DNA of 64,000 nt from Candidatus Binatia bacterium (GTDB lineage: Bacteria > Desulfobacterota > Binatia > UBA9968 > JAJDTQ01). The position numbers and the translations under genes were made by a program. This document shows positions 20,724-35,504 of the stretch, piece by piece; the first letter of the stretch is position 1, and each line of letters starts with the position of its first letter. Where the stretch lies: positions 3,744,001-3,808,000 of the forward strand of contig OY762897.2 of the NCBI GenBank assembly GCA_963666515.2. The letters are read 5' to 3'. Under the pieces are notes generated by a model, which saw nothing but the letters and a program-made list of their open reading frames with translations, searched no databases and was not told the origin of the DNA.

Positions 20724-21995
20724 CTAGCCCTTCGGGTTGAAGAACGCCTTGGTGCCGCGGGCCTCCACCGCATGGCCGATGCGTTCGAGGGCGTGGACGT
20801 ACGCGGCCGTGCGCATGCTGACGGCCTTGTCCTTGGCTACTTCCCACACCCGCCGGGTCTCGGGCTCCAGGATGGCCTTGAGTTTCGCGTGCACCTCTTC
20901 CTCCGGCCAGTAGTAGCCTGCCTTGTTCTGCACCCACTCGAAGTAGGACACCGTCACCCCGCCCGAATTGGCCAGGATGTCGGGGATGACCAACGTGCCC
21001 TTCCCGTCGAGAATGGCGTCGCCCGCCGGGGAGACCGGGCCGTTGGCCAGCTCCAGGACGACCGGCGCCTTGATCCTGGCCGCGTTGGCTTCGGTGATCT
21101 GGCTCTCCACCGCCGCGGGGATCAGCACGTCGCACTCCGCTTCCAGCAGCGCCGCGTTGTCGAGCTGTCGCGCGGCGCCGTTCGTGGGGGCGCCGGCGAT
21201 GCTCCGGGTGCGGTCCTTGTGCTCCATCACCGCGTACGGATTCATGCCCTCGGGGTCGTAGAGGGCGGCCGTCGAGTCCGACAGGCCGACGATCCGGTAG
21301 CCGTCGTCGTGCAGCAGGCGCGCGCAGTGGAACGAGGCGTTGCCGAATCCCTGGAGGACGATCCGCGACTTCTCCGGGCTCACCTTCAACTCCTCCTTCA
21401 GGCGCCGCAGCACGTAGAAGCCGCCGCGGCCGGTGGCGTCGTCGCGCCCCAGCGAGCCGCCCAACTCCACCGGCTTGCCGGTGATGATGGCCGGGCTGGG
21501 ATGGCCGCTGATGGTGCCGTACTCGTCGGCCATCCAGGCCATGACGATGCCGTTGGTGTACATGTCGGGGGCGGGGATGTCCCGCTCGGGTCCGATGAAG
21601 CGCGAGAACGCCTCCACGTAGGACCGGCTCAGGCGCTCCAGCTCGGCACGGGACAGGGTCTTGACGTCCACCGCCACGCCGCCCTTGGCGCCACCGAAGG
21701 GGAGGTTCACGACCGCGCACTTGAAGGTCATCCAGAACGCCAGCGTCATCACCTCGTCCACGTTCACCGCGGGGTGGAAGCGGATGCCGCCCTTGGTGGG
21801 GCCGCGGGTGTCGTCATAGCGGCAGCGCCACGCCTTGAACGCCTTGCGCGAACCGTCGTCCATGCGCACCAGCAGGGTGGCGGCCAGCGTTTCCTTGGGA
21901 TACCGGAGCTGGTCGATGACTTCGCGCTCGATATCGAGATAGCGGGCGGCGTCTTCGAGGCGCTCCCGTGCGGTGGAAAAGAGATCGGTGGCCAT
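20724..21995 (-). CDS. gdhA: Glu/Leu/Phe/Val dehydrogenase, probably glutamate dehydrogenase
   Basis: [52 protein letters not shown]. Confidence 0.9.
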   Translation of the reverse strand: MATDLFSTARERLEDAARYLDIEREVIDQLRYPKETLAATLLVRMDDGSRKAFKAWRCRYDDTRGPTKGGIRFHPAVNVDEVMTLAFWMTFKCAVVNLPFGGAKGGVAVDVKTLSRAELERLSRSYVEAFSRFIGPERDIPAPDMYTNGIVMAWMADEYGTISGHPSPAIITGKPVELGGSLGRDDATGRGGFYVLRRLKEELKVSPEKSRIVLQGFGNASFHCARLLHDDGYRIVGLSDSTAALYDPEGMNPYAVMEHKDRTRSIAGAPTNGAARQLDNAALLEAECDVLIPAAVESQITEANAARIKAPVVLELANGPVSPAGDAILDGKGTLVIPDILANSGGVTVSYFEWVQNKAGYYWPEEEVHAKLKAILEPETRRVWEVAKDKAVSMRTAAYVHALERIGHAVEARGTKAFFNPKG

Positions 21996-22127
21996 GGACG
22001 TTCGCTCCTTTCAATTCTTTTGCTTGAATTTCCATACCTCTTTCGTCTTTCCTATTCGGGCAGTTGGAGTATACTGGATTGAGAATCGAGTATTGAGAAG
22101 AGTCACGACAAATATTGGAGGTGAGTC

Positions 22128-23567
22128 ATGAGCAAAGTCCCGTCGGAACCCGGCAACGAGCCCGGACGCGACCCGGGGATGATGGCCCTTCAGGCGGAGG
22201 AAGAAACCCTCACCCAAGAGGCGCCGATCTTTCCGTCCCAGCGCTACAAGGCGCTGTCGACCAAGCATCTCGACGAGATCACGCAACTCGAGAGCCTGCC
22301 CAGCGACGACCGGTTCGCCATGAAGGTGGTGGCCAACGTGCTGCCGTTCCGCTCCAACCGGTACGTGATCGACCATCTCATCGACTGGGACCGGGTCCCC
22401 GACGATCCGGTCTTCCAGATGACCTTTCCGCAGCAGGGGATGCTCGAGGAGGTCGACTTCCTGCGCATGGCCGACCTCTTGCGGCGCGACGCATCGGCAA
22501 ACGAGATCAAGGCCGGCGCCCACGAGATCCGCGAAAAGCTCAACCCGCACCCTGCCGGGCAGCGGGAGCTCAACATTCCCAAGGTGGCGCAGGAGACGAT
22601 TCACGGTCTTCAGCACAAGTACCGCGAGACCGTGCTGTTCTTCCCCAGCCAGGGGCAGACCTGCCATGCCTACTGCACCTTCTGCTTCCGCTGGGCGCAG
22701 TTCGTGGGCGACAACGAGCTCAAGATCGTCGCCAAGGAGGCGGACGGCCTGCATGACTATCTGGCCACGCATCCTGACGTCACCGACCTCCTGGTGACCG
22801 GCGGCGACCCCATGATCATGAAGACCGCGGTGTTCGCCAACTACCTGGAGCCGTTGGTGGACGACCCGCGGTTCGCTCACGTGCAGGACATCCGCATCGG
22901 CACCAAGGCCTTGACGTTCTGGCCCTACCGTTTCGTCGGCGACGAGGACGCGGACGACATGCTGCGCCTGCTGGAGAAGATCGTGAAGGCCGGCAAGCAC
23001 GTCGCCATCATGGCCCACTTCAACCACTGGAGGGAACTGGAGACCAACGTGGTCCGGGAGGCGATCCGCCGCCTGCGCGACGCCGGCGCGGTGATCCGCT
23101 GCCAGGCGCCGCTGCTCGCGCACATCAACGACTCCTCGGACGTGTGGATCCGCATGTGGGAGGAAGAGGTGCGGCTGGGGATGATCCCCTACTACATGTT
23201 CGTGGAACGCGACACCGGTGCCCGCAACTACTTCGAGGTGCCGCTGGAGCGCTGCTGCGACATTTTCCGGAACGCCTACAAGCACGTCTCCGGCCTGGCC
23301 CGCACCGTGCGCGGCCCGAGCATGAGCGCCACCCCGGGCAAGGTGGAGGTCCAGGACGTGCAGGAGATCGCCGGCGAGAAGGTGTTCATCCTCCGCTTCC
23401 TGCAGGGACGCAACCCCGACTGGGTCAGCCGGCCGTTCTACGCCGCCTACGACCCGGAGGCCACCTGGTTCGACCAGTTGCGCCCCGCCTTCGGCCAGGA
23501 GAAGTTCTTCTACACCGACGACTTCAACGCCATGGTCCAGGGGAGGTGGCCCACCACGAAGCACTGA
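22128..23567 (+). CDS. KamA-family radical SAM amino-acid 2,3-aminomutase (substrate unknown)
   Basis: GLQHKYRETVLFF, CHAYCTFCFR (CxxxCxxC), TGGDP, IRIGTK, PYYMF, GPSMSATPGKV. Confidence 0.88.
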   Translation: MSKVPSEPGNEPGRDPGMMALQAEEETLTQEAPIFPSQRYKALSTKHLDEITQLESLPSDDRFAMKVVANVLPFRSNRYVIDHLIDWDRVPDDPVFQMTFPQQGMLEEVDFLRMADLLRRDASANEIKAGAHEIREKLNPHPAGQRELNIPKVAQETIHGLQHKYRETVLFFPSQGQTCHAYCTFCFRWAQFVGDNELKIVAKEADGLHDYLATHPDVTDLLVTGGDPMIMKTAVFANYLEPLVDDPRFAHVQDIRIGTKALTFWPYRFVGDEDADDMLRLLEKIVKAGKHVAIMAHFNHWRELETNVVREAIRRLRDAGAVIRCQAPLLAHINDSSDVWIRMWEEEVRLGMIPYYMFVERDTGARNYFEVPLERCCDIFRNAYKHVSGLARTVRGPSMSATPGKVEVQDVQEIAGEKVFILRFLQGRNPDWVSRPFYAAYDPEATWFDQLRPAFGQEKFFYTDDFNAMVQGRWPTTKH

Positions 23568-23584
23568 GCCCGCACGCCATCAGC

Positions 23585-23620
23585 GAAAGGGGGGCGGTGC
23601 ATGCACCGCCCCCCTTTCTT
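23585..23620. terminator. Intrinsic terminator, probably bidirectional
   Basis: gaaaggggggcggtgc-at-gcaccgcccccctttc between convergent genes. Confidence 0.85.
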
Positions 23621-23652
23621 GTTCCGCCGGTAGACCAAGCCCTCGTCCCTGT

Positions 23653-24315
23653 TCAAGCGAGAGAATCGGCCACCTTGACAATCGCGGTTACCGTAAAGTC
23701 CCAAGCCGCAGCCTGCTGCGATAGAAATACCTGCGTCGCGGTATCCACGTTCTTGGCGTCGCCTTCCTCGAAGTAGGACAACGCCTTGACCGCCTCTGTC
23801 GGAGGGAACGGCGGTCCGTAAAGGGCGCCGGCCGCGCCAAGACCGTCCTTGAGCGGCACCCCGGATCGCAGAATGGCGGCCAGATCGACATAGTCGCGGG
23901 CAGCGACGCGTTGCAGCAGCACCTTGAGCTTGGTGCCGAACAGGTCCAACAGCGAGGCGACTCGCAACACTCCATCCTCCGTTAGCTCCGGATTCCCTAC
24001 GCGGCCCGTGTCGATGCCGCCGAAGAACGAGACCTTTACCGAATTCGTTGTACCCCCGTGCACGGTAGACAAAGTCAAGGTGTCGGGTTCCCTCTGGAGC
24101 ACATCGGCCCGTATCACGAAAGGGAGGCGGAATAGCGCATCGAAATCAATGGCGCCTGACGAGAAGAAGTCGAAGTCGACCGACGAGCGATGGCCCAATC
24201 GCAGCGCCAGAGCGGTACCGCCGTAAAGGACAAAGGAATCGGGAATGTCCGCGAGCACGGGCCATAGTTCCCGTTGCTCGTCGGGCAGAACGTCGAGAAA
24301 CGGCTTGAACGTCAC
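23653..24315 (-). CDS. AbiEii/AbiGii-family nucleotidyltransferase (type IV TA toxin)
   Basis: FVLYGGTALALRLGHRSSVDFDFF, GTKL, RVAARDYVD; GTG start at 24315 overlaps the upstream stop. Confidence 0.88.
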   Translation of the reverse strand: MTFKPFLDVLPDEQRELWPVLADIPDSFVLYGGTALALRLGHRSSVDFDFFSSGAIDFDALFRLPFVIRADVLQREPDTLTLSTVHGGTTNSVKVSFFGGIDTGRVGNPELTEDGVLRVASLLDLFGTKLKVLLQRVAARDYVDLAAILRSGVPLKDGLGAAGALYGPPFPPTEAVKALSYFEEGDAKNVDTATQVFLSQQAAAWDFTVTAIVKVADSLA

Positions 24316-24650
24316 CGCGGGATCTCCCGCGGGAGACGCCGTGCCGGCAACTCGGGTGGTGGCGTCAAACCAAGGCGCAGGTGCCAGAAATTCCAGGAAC
24401 GGCGGTTGAAAATGCCGATGGGCGGGTCGCGCAGCACATCGCGCAGTTCGGAGGTGGAAACGCGGGCGAGCAGCCAGCGGACATCGGCGGCGGTGCCGAG
24501 GTTCATCATCTGCGCCAGGAAAAGCGACCGGTCTGCCAAGGCGCGTTCCGGCGGTTGCCACCAGACGTACTTTCTGGCCATGGACGGCGCGCGCTCGTCA
24601 CTGGTCAAACGGTCGGTGTTGCGCTCCTGGACGTGCTGCTTCGTGTCCAT
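24312..24650 (-). CDS. Putative cognate antitoxin of the AbiEii-type toxin
   Basis: End of ORF 24312..25706; ATG at 24650: ...ARKYVWWQPPERAL...LAQMMNLGT...GIFNRRSWNFWHLRL; GTGA coupling to the toxin. Confidence 0.75.
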   Translation of the reverse strand: MDTKQHVQERNTDRLTSDERAPSMARKYVWWQPPERALADRSLFLAQMMNLGTAADVRWLLARVSTSELRDVLRDPPIGIFNRRSWNFWHLRLGLTPPPELPARRLPREIPR

Positions 24651-24757
24651 CAATACCAGAATGTAGGCTTCCAGCGCTGTTTGCAACAAGCATTGTACGG
24701 CCCGAAAAGCGCCGTCAGGAGGGAGCGGCCAAGCCGTGCCCCCGACTCGCCAAACGC

Positions 24758-29341
<4,584 letters not shown>

Positions 29342-29398
29342 TGCGGTAGAGTTTAGAGTCTGTCCGAGCCGTTGTCCATGATTCTGCTGTCACCTGGG

Positions 29399-29971
29399 AT
29401 GGGCGTGACCGTTTCGTTCACGCCGCAGATGGAGAAGCGCCTCACCCAGCGCGCCGCGCGCATGCTCAAGCAGTCGCTGCGGCAGTTCCCCGAGTTGCGG
29501 AACCTGGAAGTCCGGGTCGGCCACACCAGGACCAAGCTCGGGGTCGCATTCATTCCCCGGCAGCTCCGGTTGCCGTTGTACATCCGCCTCCGGGTCCGCG
29601 GCCTGACCTACAACACCATCGGCCACGAGCTGACCCATCTGCTGCAAGGGCTGACGAAGCTGCCGCCGCCGGACGGCGCTCCCGCGTGGGAGCCTCTCCC
29701 CGTCGGCGAGACCCAGTGCGACATCTGGACCCTCGCCCGCAGCGAGCTGTTCTGCGACGACGCCCCCACCTATCTGCGGATGCCGCGCACGGTGCGCGAG
29801 AACTGGCGGCGCTACGCCCGCCGGGTGCGCTCCCTGTGCGTCGAGGCCATCCGCCAACGCCCGGTCCGCCGCACCTACATCCGCTGGCTCGAGTCGCGGA
29901 TCGCCGAGCTGCCGGAGCGCGCGCCCGCGTCGCGGCCAGATGCTCCGGAGCAGATGTCGTTGTCACTGTGA
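29399..29971 (+). CDS. Hypothetical HExxH zinc metallopeptidase-like protein
   Basis: IGHELTHLLQ followed by GETQCD; Arg-rich; ends QMSLSL; start 29372-29429 uncertain. Confidence 0.7.
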   Translation: MGVTVSFTPQMEKRLTQRAARMLKQSLRQFPELRNLEVRVGHTRTKLGVAFIPRQLRLPLYIRLRVRGLTYNTIGHELTHLLQGLTKLPPPDGAPAWEPLPVGETQCDIWTLARSELFCDDAPTYLRMPRTVRENWRRYARRVRSLCVEAIRQRPVRRTYIRWLESRIAELPERAPASRPDAPEQMSLSL

Positions 29972-29980
29972 CGCACCGAA

Positions 29981-30082
29981 GTCATTCCGGCGAAAGCCGG
30001 AATCCAGGCGGGGTGGGGGCCGGGGCGACATGGCGTGGCACCCCTCCACCTCTCCTGGATTCCGGCTTTCGCCGGAATGACG
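29981..30082. repeat. Inverted pair of CGTC-type REPs
   Basis: gtcattccggcgaaagccggaatccag ... ctggattccggctttcgccggaatgacg between convergent genes. Confidence 0.92.
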
Positions 30083-30121
30083 GATTGGGGCCGGGACGAC
30101 GGTACGGCCTGTCGAGGGGGA

Positions 30122-31027
30122 TCAGCGGATGGCGTCGTCGTGGTACGAAACGTCGATATACTTCTCCGGCGGAGGCGGGGGAGAGGCGATGTAGCCCATG
30201 CCGGCCCTGAGATCGAGGGCGGCGGCGATGCCCGGGACGTTCAGCGCGGCCTTGGGGTAGAGGCCGTGGCGGGGGTCGAGCAACGCGTCCAGGGTCTCCT
30301 CGGCGGCGGTGCCGGTGAGCCCGTTGTGCCGCTCCAGTATGTCGAGGCAGCGGGACCGGTTTTCGGGCGCGAAGCACCATGCGGTGGCGGCCACGTAGCA
30401 GCGGATGTAGTCCACCAGGTGCGTGCGTTGCTCCTGCGCCCAGGAGCGCCGGGTCAGACCCACGGTCGCCTGATACACCGGCGCCATCTCCTCGCCCCGG
30501 GCGATGACGTGGCAGCCCCGCTCCAGGGCGGCTCCCACGAAAGGCGGCGTGAGCAGCGTGGCGTAAAGCTTCCCCGCGATGAGAGTCTCATAGCGGCTCT
30601 CCCAGCCGCCCACCTCCACCAACTCGTACTCGTCCGGGCCGAAGCCGTGGTCGCGCAGGGCCTTCTCCAGGATGAAGACGAAGCCGCTGTCGCGGGCGTC
30701 CACGGCCAGGGGCTTGCCGCGCAACGACTCCATGTCAGGACATCCCGGCGCGCCGACGAGGCTCAACAGGCCGCTGTGAAGCCCCATGAACGCGAAGACG
30801 TCGGAGCCGGACTGGTTCTCCACGTCGCAAACCACGTCGTCCGCGGCCGCGTGGCCGATGGTGCAGCGCCCCGTACGCACCGCCTCCACCAGATACGCGG
30901 AGCCCGGCGTGTACTCGACCTCCACGGCGAGCCCCGCGCCGGTGAAGATTCCGTGCTCCACCGCCGCGTGCACCGGCAGGTTGTAGGCGGCGCGGAACTG
31001 GATGAGCCGGATAGTCTCCAAGGTCAT
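30122..31027 (-). CDS. NMT1/THI5/SsuA-like substrate-binding-fold protein, no signal peptide
   Basis: End of ORF 30122..32227; ATG at 31027: MTLETIRLIQ...GIFTGAGLAVEV...LRGKPLAVD...LLTPPF. Confidence 0.8.
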   Translation of the reverse strand: MTLETIRLIQFRAAYNLPVHAAVEHGIFTGAGLAVEVEYTPGSAYLVEAVRTGRCTIGHAAADDVVCDVENQSGSDVFAFMGLHSGLLSLVGAPGCPDMESLRGKPLAVDARDSGFVFILEKALRDHGFGPDEYELVEVGGWESRYETLIAGKLYATLLTPPFVGAALERGCHVIARGEEMAPVYQATVGLTRRSWAQEQRTHLVDYIRCYVAATAWCFAPENRSRCLDILERHNGLTGTAAEETLDALLDPRHGLYPKAALNVPGIAAALDLRAGMGYIASPPPPPEKYIDVSYHDDAIR

Positions 31028-34000
31028 TCGTTGCGTCCATCGACGATCATCACAAGCGCCGGCAGGAGGAACAGGATGAAGATCGTCGACAAGACGAGCC
31101 CGCCCAACATGCTGACCACGAACGGCACCAGGAAGATCAGCTCGTCGCCGCGTTCGTAGAGCAGCGGCGACAGTCCCACCACCGTGGTCAGGCTGGTCAG
31201 CAGCACCGCGCGGAAACGGTGGCGGGTGGCCGCGGACGCCGCGGCGATGGCCGGAATCATGTCGTCTTCCCGGCGGAGCTGGTTGTAACGGTCCAGCAGA
31301 ACCAGCGCGTCGTTCACGATGATCCCGCCCACCGCCACGATGCCGAACAGCGACATGGCGGAGAAGTCCCACCCGAGGACCCAGTGGGTCAGCACCGCTC
31401 CGGCGAACGACACGGGAATGCCCACCACGGCCACCAGGGGTTTCCAGTAGCTGCGCAGGAACGCCGCCATCAGCGCGTACATGGCCAGCAGCACGACGGG
31501 GACCAGCACCCCCAGCGTTCCCAGCAGCTCCCTCTCGTCGCGGGCGGCCCCGTCGGGCTCGATCTTCAGGCCGGGGTATTTGGCCAGCAATCCGGGGATG
31601 ATTTCGTCCCGGGCTGCGCGCCTGGCCTGGCGGGGTGTGGTGACGACGGCGTCGGTGCGCGCGTCCACGAACGCGGCCTTCTTGCCGTCGATCCGGGTCA
31701 ACGTCGTCAACTCGCGCGTCTCGATGAGCGTAGCCACGGTGGAAAGAGGAACCTCGCCGCTGCCCGCCCGGCCGCGGTCCCGGCCTCGCCGCCCGCCGCC
31801 GCTCGCGCCCCCGCCGCTCGGCCGGCGGATGCGTTCGCCGGCCAGTTCCCCCAGGCTTCGCCGGCGTTCCGCCGGGTACCGGACCACCACCTTGATTTCC
31901 TCCCGGCCGCGCTGAATCCGCTGGACCTCCACGCCGTGGAAATTGGCGCGCAACTGGGCGCCGATGGCCGCGGGCGTCAATCCCGCCGCCTTCCCGGCCG
32001 GCGTCAGCCGGATCTCGAAGTGCCGCTTGCCGGCCGACAGGCTGTCCGATATCCCGAAGATCCCCGGCACCGCGGCCAGGGAGGCCCTCAGCTCGGCAGC
32101 GGCGTTTTTCAACACCTCCGTGTCGGGGTGCTTCAACGCATACGAAACGGCCGGCTTGGGTTTTGCACGCGCGCTGTGGAACTCGACGGCTTCCAACTCC
32201 GAAGTGTCGCCGACCTTCCGGCGCCATGCCCGCTCGATGTCCCTGGGCGAAGCGGTACGGATGGGACGCGGGTGGAGATGGATGCGCACCGAGGCCAGGT
32301 GGCTTCGGTTGTTTCCGATGTCCGCGGTCCGAAAGGCCGCGAGATTGCCGGCGAAGACGGCAACGGACTTGATCGACATTCCGTCGAGATCATCGTTGAC
32401 GGCCCGGGCCGCGTCCGCAAACCGCTCCGCCGCGGCCAGAGTCTTCTCGAAGGGCGCGCCAGCCGGCAGATGCAGGTCGGCCTGAATGCTGTCGGAAGCG
32501 ATGGCGTCCTGGTCGATGATCACCACCCGGACGTTGCCGGACCGCAGGAGCAGCAAGCCGACGAGCACGGCCGCGGCTGCGACGGCCAGCGTCAGCCAGG
32601 GATGCTGCACGGCCCGCACGACCGACGGCGCCACGATGGTGTCCCGGGCCCGGTCGATCAAGCCGTTCACCCACCTCTGGATGTCGCTCAACGGTGAGAG
32701 GCTCCAGGGCTTCGGGCGCGACAGGTGCGCGGGCAGGATGAAGAAGGATTCGATGAGCGAGACCGAGAGCACGAAGAACGCCACGTAAGGAAAGACGTTG
32801 GCGAGCTGGTAGTTGCCCGTGGTGACGAAGAGAAACGGCACGAAGGCGAGCATGGTGGTGGCCGCGCCCACCGTTATCGGGCCCACCATGATCCTTGCGC
32901 CCGAAATCGCCGCCTCCAGCGCGCTCTTGCCGCTGTCGCGTTCCGCGGCGATGCTCTCGCCCACCACCACGGAGTCGTCCACGACGATGCCGATCAGCAG
33001 GAAGAAGGTGAAGATCGTCCCGATGTTCAGGGTCAGGTCCGCGGCCCCGAAGAACATCAGCGAGCCGATGAAGGACAGGGGTATGCCCACGGTGATCCAG
33101 GTTGCGACGCGAAGGTCGAACACGAGGACGAGGACGAGGAAAACCAGCAGCGCGCCGAGCACGCCGTTCCTGAGGATCTCCCACAACCGGTCCAGGGCGG
33201 GCGTCGCCCGGTCGTTCCAGACGCTGACCGTTATGTGGTCGGGCGCCTTGCGATCCGCCAGCCACTTCGCTATCGCGTCGCCGATCTCCACCACCGATTG
33301 GTGCTCGTGCGCGTTGACCCGAACGAACACAGCGGACTTGCCGTTGACCTGGGAGACCACGTCCTCGTCGACGAACCCGTCACGGACCGTCGCGACGTCG
33401 CCCAGCCTGACGATCGCGCCGCTGACCCGCGTGATCAGCGGAATGTCCTCGAACTCGGCGCCGGTGCTCCGCTTGGTGACGGTATGCAGCACCACGCCGC
33501 CCGCTTCGGTGCGCAGTTCGCCGAACGTTAGGTTGAGGGAGGCCCGTCTCACGATGCGGGATATCTGGGCGATGGACAGATTGTGCCGGCGCAACTCTTC
33601 CTCGCTCAACTCGATGGTGATCTCCCGGTCGCGGGTGCCCAGGAGCGTGACTTGGGAAACCGACGGCAGCGCCAGCAGCTCGTCGCGCACGTTTTCGGCG
33701 GCGAGGCGCAGCTCGTTCTCGGAAGCGCGGGACGATGAAACCGCCAGCGTCAAGACCTCCACGGCGATTCGGCGCAGCTCGACCTCGGGTTTCTCCGTGT
33801 TCGGCGGCGGGAAGTTCTCGATGCCGTCTACCGCGTTCTGAACATCGTCCAGGACGGCGTCGCCGTCGGCGAAGGCGGCCAACTCGACCGTCAGCCGGCC
33901 GAGGCCCTCGGTGGCGGTCCCGACGACACGTTCGACCCCCCTGAGCCCGACCACGGCTTCCTCGATGCGGCGGTTGATGTCTTCCTCGACCTCTTTCGGT

Positions 34001-34203
34001 GACGAGCCGGGCGCGGGCACCGTTATGGTGATGGTTCTGAGGTCGAAGTACGGGTAGAGTTGGACCGCGAGGTGCCGTCCGGCGATGACCCCGCCAATAA
34101 TCAGAAACAGAAGCAGCAGGTTGGCCGCGACGGGATTTCGGGCGAACCAGGCGATCAGTCCCCTGGTGGCGGCAGCTCCGGCTCCGGAGTCGGTGGTGCT
34201 CAT
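31024..34203 (-). CDS. RND efflux transporter permease subunit
   Basis: IAWFARNPVAANLL, GIVVDDSVVVGE, RFRAVLLTSLTT; 1059 aa. Confidence 0.93.
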   Translation of the reverse strand: MSTTDSGAGAAATRGLIAWFARNPVAANLLLLFLIIGGVIAGRHLAVQLYPYFDLRTITITVPAPGSSPKEVEEDINRRIEEAVVGLRGVERVVGTATEGLGRLTVELAAFADGDAVLDDVQNAVDGIENFPPPNTEKPEVELRRIAVEVLTLAVSSSRASENELRLAAENVRDELLALPSVSQVTLLGTRDREITIELSEEELRRHNLSIAQISRIVRRASLNLTFGELRTEAGGVVLHTVTKRSTGAEFEDIPLITRVSGAIVRLGDVATVRDGFVDEDVVSQVNGKSAVFVRVNAHEHQSVVEIGDAIAKWLADRKAPDHITVSVWNDRATPALDRLWEILRNGVLGALLVFLVLVLVFDLRVATWITVGIPLSFIGSLMFFGAADLTLNIGTIFTFFLLIGIVVDDSVVVGESIAAERDSGKSALEAAISGARIMVGPITVGAATTMLAFVPFLFVTTGNYQLANVFPYVAFFVLSVSLIESFFILPAHLSRPKPWSLSPLSDIQRWVNGLIDRARDTIVAPSVVRAVQHPWLTLAVAAAAVLVGLLLLRSGNVRVVIIDQDAIASDSIQADLHLPAGAPFEKTLAAAERFADAARAVNDDLDGMSIKSVAVFAGNLAAFRTADIGNNRSHLASVRIHLHPRPIRTASPRDIERAWRRKVGDTSELEAVEFHSARAKPKPAVSYALKHPDTEVLKNAAAELRASLAAVPGIFGISDSLSAGKRHFEIRLTPAGKAAGLTPAAIGAQLRANFHGVEVQRIQRGREEIKVVVRYPAERRRSLGELAGERIRRPSGGGASGGGRRGRDRGRAGSGEVPLSTVATLIETRELTTLTRIDGKKAAFVDARTDAVVTTPRQARRAARDEIIPGLLAKYPGLKIEPDGAARDERELLGTLGVLVPVVLLAMYALMAAFLRSYWKPLVAVVGIPVSFAGAVLTHWVLGWDFSAMSLFGIVAVGGIIVNDALVLLDRYNQLRREDDMIPAIAAASAATRHRFRAVLLTSLTTVVGLSPLLYERGDELIFLVPFVVSMLGGLVLSTIFILFLLPALVMIVDGRNE

Positions 34204-34215
34204 GTCCCGGCTCCG

Positions 34216-35385
34216 TTACCTTGACGACGACGCGTCCGCCACCGTCACCGCCAGACCTTTTCTGGCTCCGGGCGGTGCGCCCACGACCACGCCCGCGCCC
34301 GCGTCGAACGCCTCCACGACCCAACCCGCGCCCGCGCGCCCGAGGGTCTTGGGCACGACGGACTTCAACGCGCCCTTGTCGACCACCCAGGCGCTGCCGC
34401 TTTCCTGCAGAACGGATTCTGGCAGCACGTACACGTTTTCATACGAAGGCCCCTCGATCCGGACTTCCGCGAACATGCCCGGCAGCGGCAGTGCCTCCTT
34501 TGGGACATCTTCCGAAAACTTGAGGAACAACCGGGCGAGGCGCGTGCTCGGGGCCACGACCGATGACACGCGCTCCACCGTCGCGTCGTACGCTCCCAAC
34601 TGGGTCCGGACGCGGGCCGAACGGCCGATCACCGGGGAGAGGTACTCCAGGTCCTTCGGGTCCACCGGCACTCTCACCCTGATCGCATCGGTTCGATACA
34701 CGGTGCCCAGCCTCGCCGCGCGGCCCGCCGATCTGGCGGGCCCTACGAACTCGCCCACCTCCAGCTCGGTGGCCAGCACGCGGCTGTCGTACGGCAGGGA
34801 AATTTTCGTCTGTTTCAGCCGTAGCTTCGCCAGCTTCAGCACCGCTTGCGCCTGCGCCAACTCGGCTTCCATTTCCGCTATCGACGGCAAGCGGCGCACC
34901 GAGTCGGACACCTCGGCGCCCGGGTTCGCGCGCAAGAATGCCTTCGCGTCCTCTTCGCCGCCGGCCTTCTCGACCCACACCCGGGCTTCCGCGGCCTTCA
35001 CCGCCATCGTCGCCCTTTCCACCCGAAGCTCGTGCTCGGCGGTATCGATCCTGATGAACGTCTCGTTGGCCGGTATCGATCCGCCGTTGCTGAACTTCGG
35101 TGAAATCCACACCACGCGACCCGCCACCTCGGACACTACCCGCGCCCGCTCTTCCACCCGGACGGAACCCGTCAACCGGACGGTAAGCGCTTGGCTGGTC
35201 GGCTTGGGCTTGATCACGCTGACGGCGGGTTTGCCTTTCTCAGCGGTCAGGTCGGGCGCGGCGTCGAGGGCCACGCGATCAGGCGCGCGCGCGAAGTAGA
35301 GAGCGATTACGATTACGAGGAGTATTGCGGCCAATTGAACGACGCCGAGCCATCGAGGCCGATCGGATGCATTTCCTTGTGCCAT
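34216..35385 (-). CDS. RND periplasmic adaptor (membrane fusion protein)
   Basis: N-terminal TM, VSEVAGRVV, coiled hairpin, ISLPYDSRV, LPGMFAEVRI. Confidence 0.9.
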   Translation of the reverse strand: MAQGNASDRPRWLGVVQLAAILLVIVIALYFARAPDRVALDAAPDLTAEKGKPAVSVIKPKPTSQALTVRLTGSVRVEERARVVSEVAGRVVWISPKFSNGGSIPANETFIRIDTAEHELRVERATMAVKAAEARVWVEKAGGEEDAKAFLRANPGAEVSDSVRRLPSIAEMEAELAQAQAVLKLAKLRLKQTKISLPYDSRVLATELEVGEFVGPARSAGRAARLGTVYRTDAIRVRVPVDPKDLEYLSPVIGRSARVRTQLGAYDATVERVSSVVAPSTRLARLFLKFSEDVPKEALPLPGMFAEVRIEGPSYENVYVLPESVLQESGSAWVVDKGALKSVVPKTLGRAGAGWVVEAFDAGAGVVVGAPPGARKGLAVTVADASSSR

Positions 35386-35504
35386 CTCTTATCTCCACCA
35401 TCTATGAAGATTGTACATTCAATCGTACCTTCACAATATCATACATTGTGGCAATGGTAAGGTCGGCGGTGTTAGGTTGAGGATACGGAGGACAACGAAG
35501 AACA

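Noticed and set aside
29981-30082. CRISPR array suggested by ~28-bp palindromic repeats with spacers
   Set aside because: Copies are dispersed and inverted, never a tandem direct array, and no cas genes are present
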